A stretch of 64,000 bases of DNA from Eukaryota sp. GEM-RC1. Lineage: Eukaryota. The first letter of the stretch is position 1. Every line of letters starts with the position of its first letter. Position numbers and translations under genes: made by a program. Shown piece by piece: positions 62,313-64,000 of the stretch. Under the pieces are notes generated by a model. It had not been told where the DNA came from. It saw only the letters and a list, made by a program, of their open reading frames with translations, and did no database searches. Where the stretch lies: NCBI GenBank assembly GCA_040285855.1, contig JAUFOQ010000010.1, forward strand, positions 496,001 through 560,000, given 5' to 3'.

Positions 62313-63055
62313 TCAATCTAAAAAGGGATATAAGTTGTTAACATGAACTAACAAAAGATTGTTTCCTGTTTCTGTCAGTCTCCCAATAGAAAACGCAATC
62401 ATGAACCGGGCAGAATAATAAAAAGGTAGACCTGGGACACGGTTAACATATGTTTTTTCGACAAACTGATCTCGAGCAACAAAAATATCAGAAATGTAAA
62501 ACATCACTGCTCCACAAATAACCAGAAATCTTGCAGTCCCATTCTTGGTACTACTTCCTAGTGCACCAGCAGAAGAAACCATGATGGTTATGACGACGAG
62601 ATAAGCGACAACAGGAACCAGCATTTCTCCTACGTGAGGTTGTAGCCATATGAACAACCCCGTGCTAACCAAAAGGCTTCCGCCTGCTGAAATGTAAAAC
62701 AAGGAACCAGTTGATCCAAACTTAGAAAACGCCAATGTATACATGACATGGCCAGCAAGAAAAGTCAACAGACCGATGGTGAACATCATTCTATTCTCAA
62801 AAAGATGAGAAAAACGTCACCGAAAAAACCAAAGACAGCTCCAGACAAGACGCGATAGTAGTAAGTTGAATCCTGGTGCGGCTGAATCAATGCCACTACA
62901 ATAAAGAGCAGTGATAGAAACGGCTTTGTCAACAACATACCAAGGGTGTTTTCTGTTTTCTCAAAATACAGAAGTCCAAGCAAAAGTATAGGTGCGACTA
63001 AGACAATAGAACGATAAAGGTATGCTGTAAGTGTTGATTTACAGTTTGTCCTCAT
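62313..63055 (-). CDS. YhhN/TMEM86-family lysoplasmalogenase-like membrane protein (frameshift at ~62795)
   Basis: TKP, GDVFL, F..GL..FLAGH..Y, PVVAY, GAVMFYISD, PFYY..FMIA motifs. One extra T in the T-run at ~62799-62803 (minus strand) joins the two ORFs. Confidence 0.85.
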
Positions 63056-63816
63056 GAAGCTCAAGAGAATGGACCTACCCTACTAACAGTGGAATGAATC
63101 GAATCATGAAACATCTACAGTTATCTCATTCACTTTTGATATGATACCAAGTGTTTAACATAAAATAACATCACAGAATCACACAACCTCGTTTCTAGTA
63201 TTCTGTGCTGGTGAATAGTCCAAAGAAAATGCGCTTTTCATCCACTATCTAAGAGTGGTTAGGTAACTGAGTGCAGTGTTCACGCATCAAAACAGACTAT
63301 AACGGAGATAGAAGAGGTTCAACTTTGCCGTGGAAACCATTATCTGAACATAGATAAACACTGATCACGAACATTAGTATTTTCATTTAATTCAATACTA
63401 TTAAGAGTGTGAAAAGGAAATACGTGTAGCTGTTGTGGTAATGTCTTTTTTTTCGAGACAAAAGACGTCACTTTGTTCTATTAGAAATAGTTTTGGTACT
63501 GTTTCCTGTGCATCTTTAGTTTGTGCAATAAGTTTGATTCCCTGTCAACTAATTCCCTTCTAAACTGACAAAGTGTACATCTATAGAGTATGTTCTGTAG
63601 TTGTAGAGGGCTGGCTGCAGATTTAGAACATCTAGATTCATCAATGATCACCTTCAAAAATTGTCACCAAATGCAAGTCTGCTCATCTGAAAAACGTGTT
63701 TGCTCCCCACAGTCCATATATCTCTACGTATCCAGTGAAACCCTTGTCTGTCTAAAGCCTGCGAACAAGATCCAGATAATTCCTCCAACTTACCGCCTTC
63801 TGACGACGAAAGTATC

Positions 63817-64000
63817 ATGAATCCCCCACTTGATGACACGAAACCCTCTACTTCTCTCCAATCTCGAGATCAATGTTCACTTTCCACTGGGAGGACAAAG
63901 CTATCTTCATCTTCTCTTCCTTCTCCCTCCACTCACTCTTCCACTGTAAGTCCTGACAAGAGAGAAAGTTGCCTACATTTTCAACAATCTCTGTTGATTT
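63817..64000 (+). CDS. 5' end of another QQSLL-domain (LRR family) gene, running off the window
   Basis: Open frame MNPPLDDTKPSTS...RESCLHFQQSLLI to the last base; not in the ORF track. Confidence 0.7.
   Translation, partial: MNPPLDDTKPSTSLQSRDQCSLSTGRTKLSSSSLPSPSTHSSTVSPDKRESCLHFQQSLLI

Overview
AT-rich, essentially intronless eukaryotic (protist-like) genomic DNA. It is not a prokaryotic region, and I found no rRNA, tRNA or CRISPR array. Two membrane-protein genes lie near the ends: a DAACS-family transporter (119-1444) and a bacterial-looking YhhN/lysoplasmalogenase (62313-63055). Between them is a repeat-rich, rapidly turning-over block with three components. (1) An expanded LRR family whose members begin with a conserved 'QQSLL...GxVS..FF' N-terminal domain, followed either by canonical 28-aa RI-like LRRs or by an unusual ~195-230-aa super-repeat. 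(2) A RING + non-RD kinase + coiled-coil family: three near-identical tandem copies, an inverted fourth copy identical up to the activation loop and then abruptly divergent, and one pseudogene. (3) Many nested mobile elements: at least four families of CRE/SLACS-like RT-RLE non-LTR retrotransposons (one near full length), five 8-bp-TSD TIR elements (four families) with both ends and TSD readable, a TA-TSD MITE, and MULE, hAT and Ty3/gypsy remnants. Many frameshifts sit in homopolymers and may be long-read consensus errors. All family assignments come from motif recognition by eye; no searches were run.
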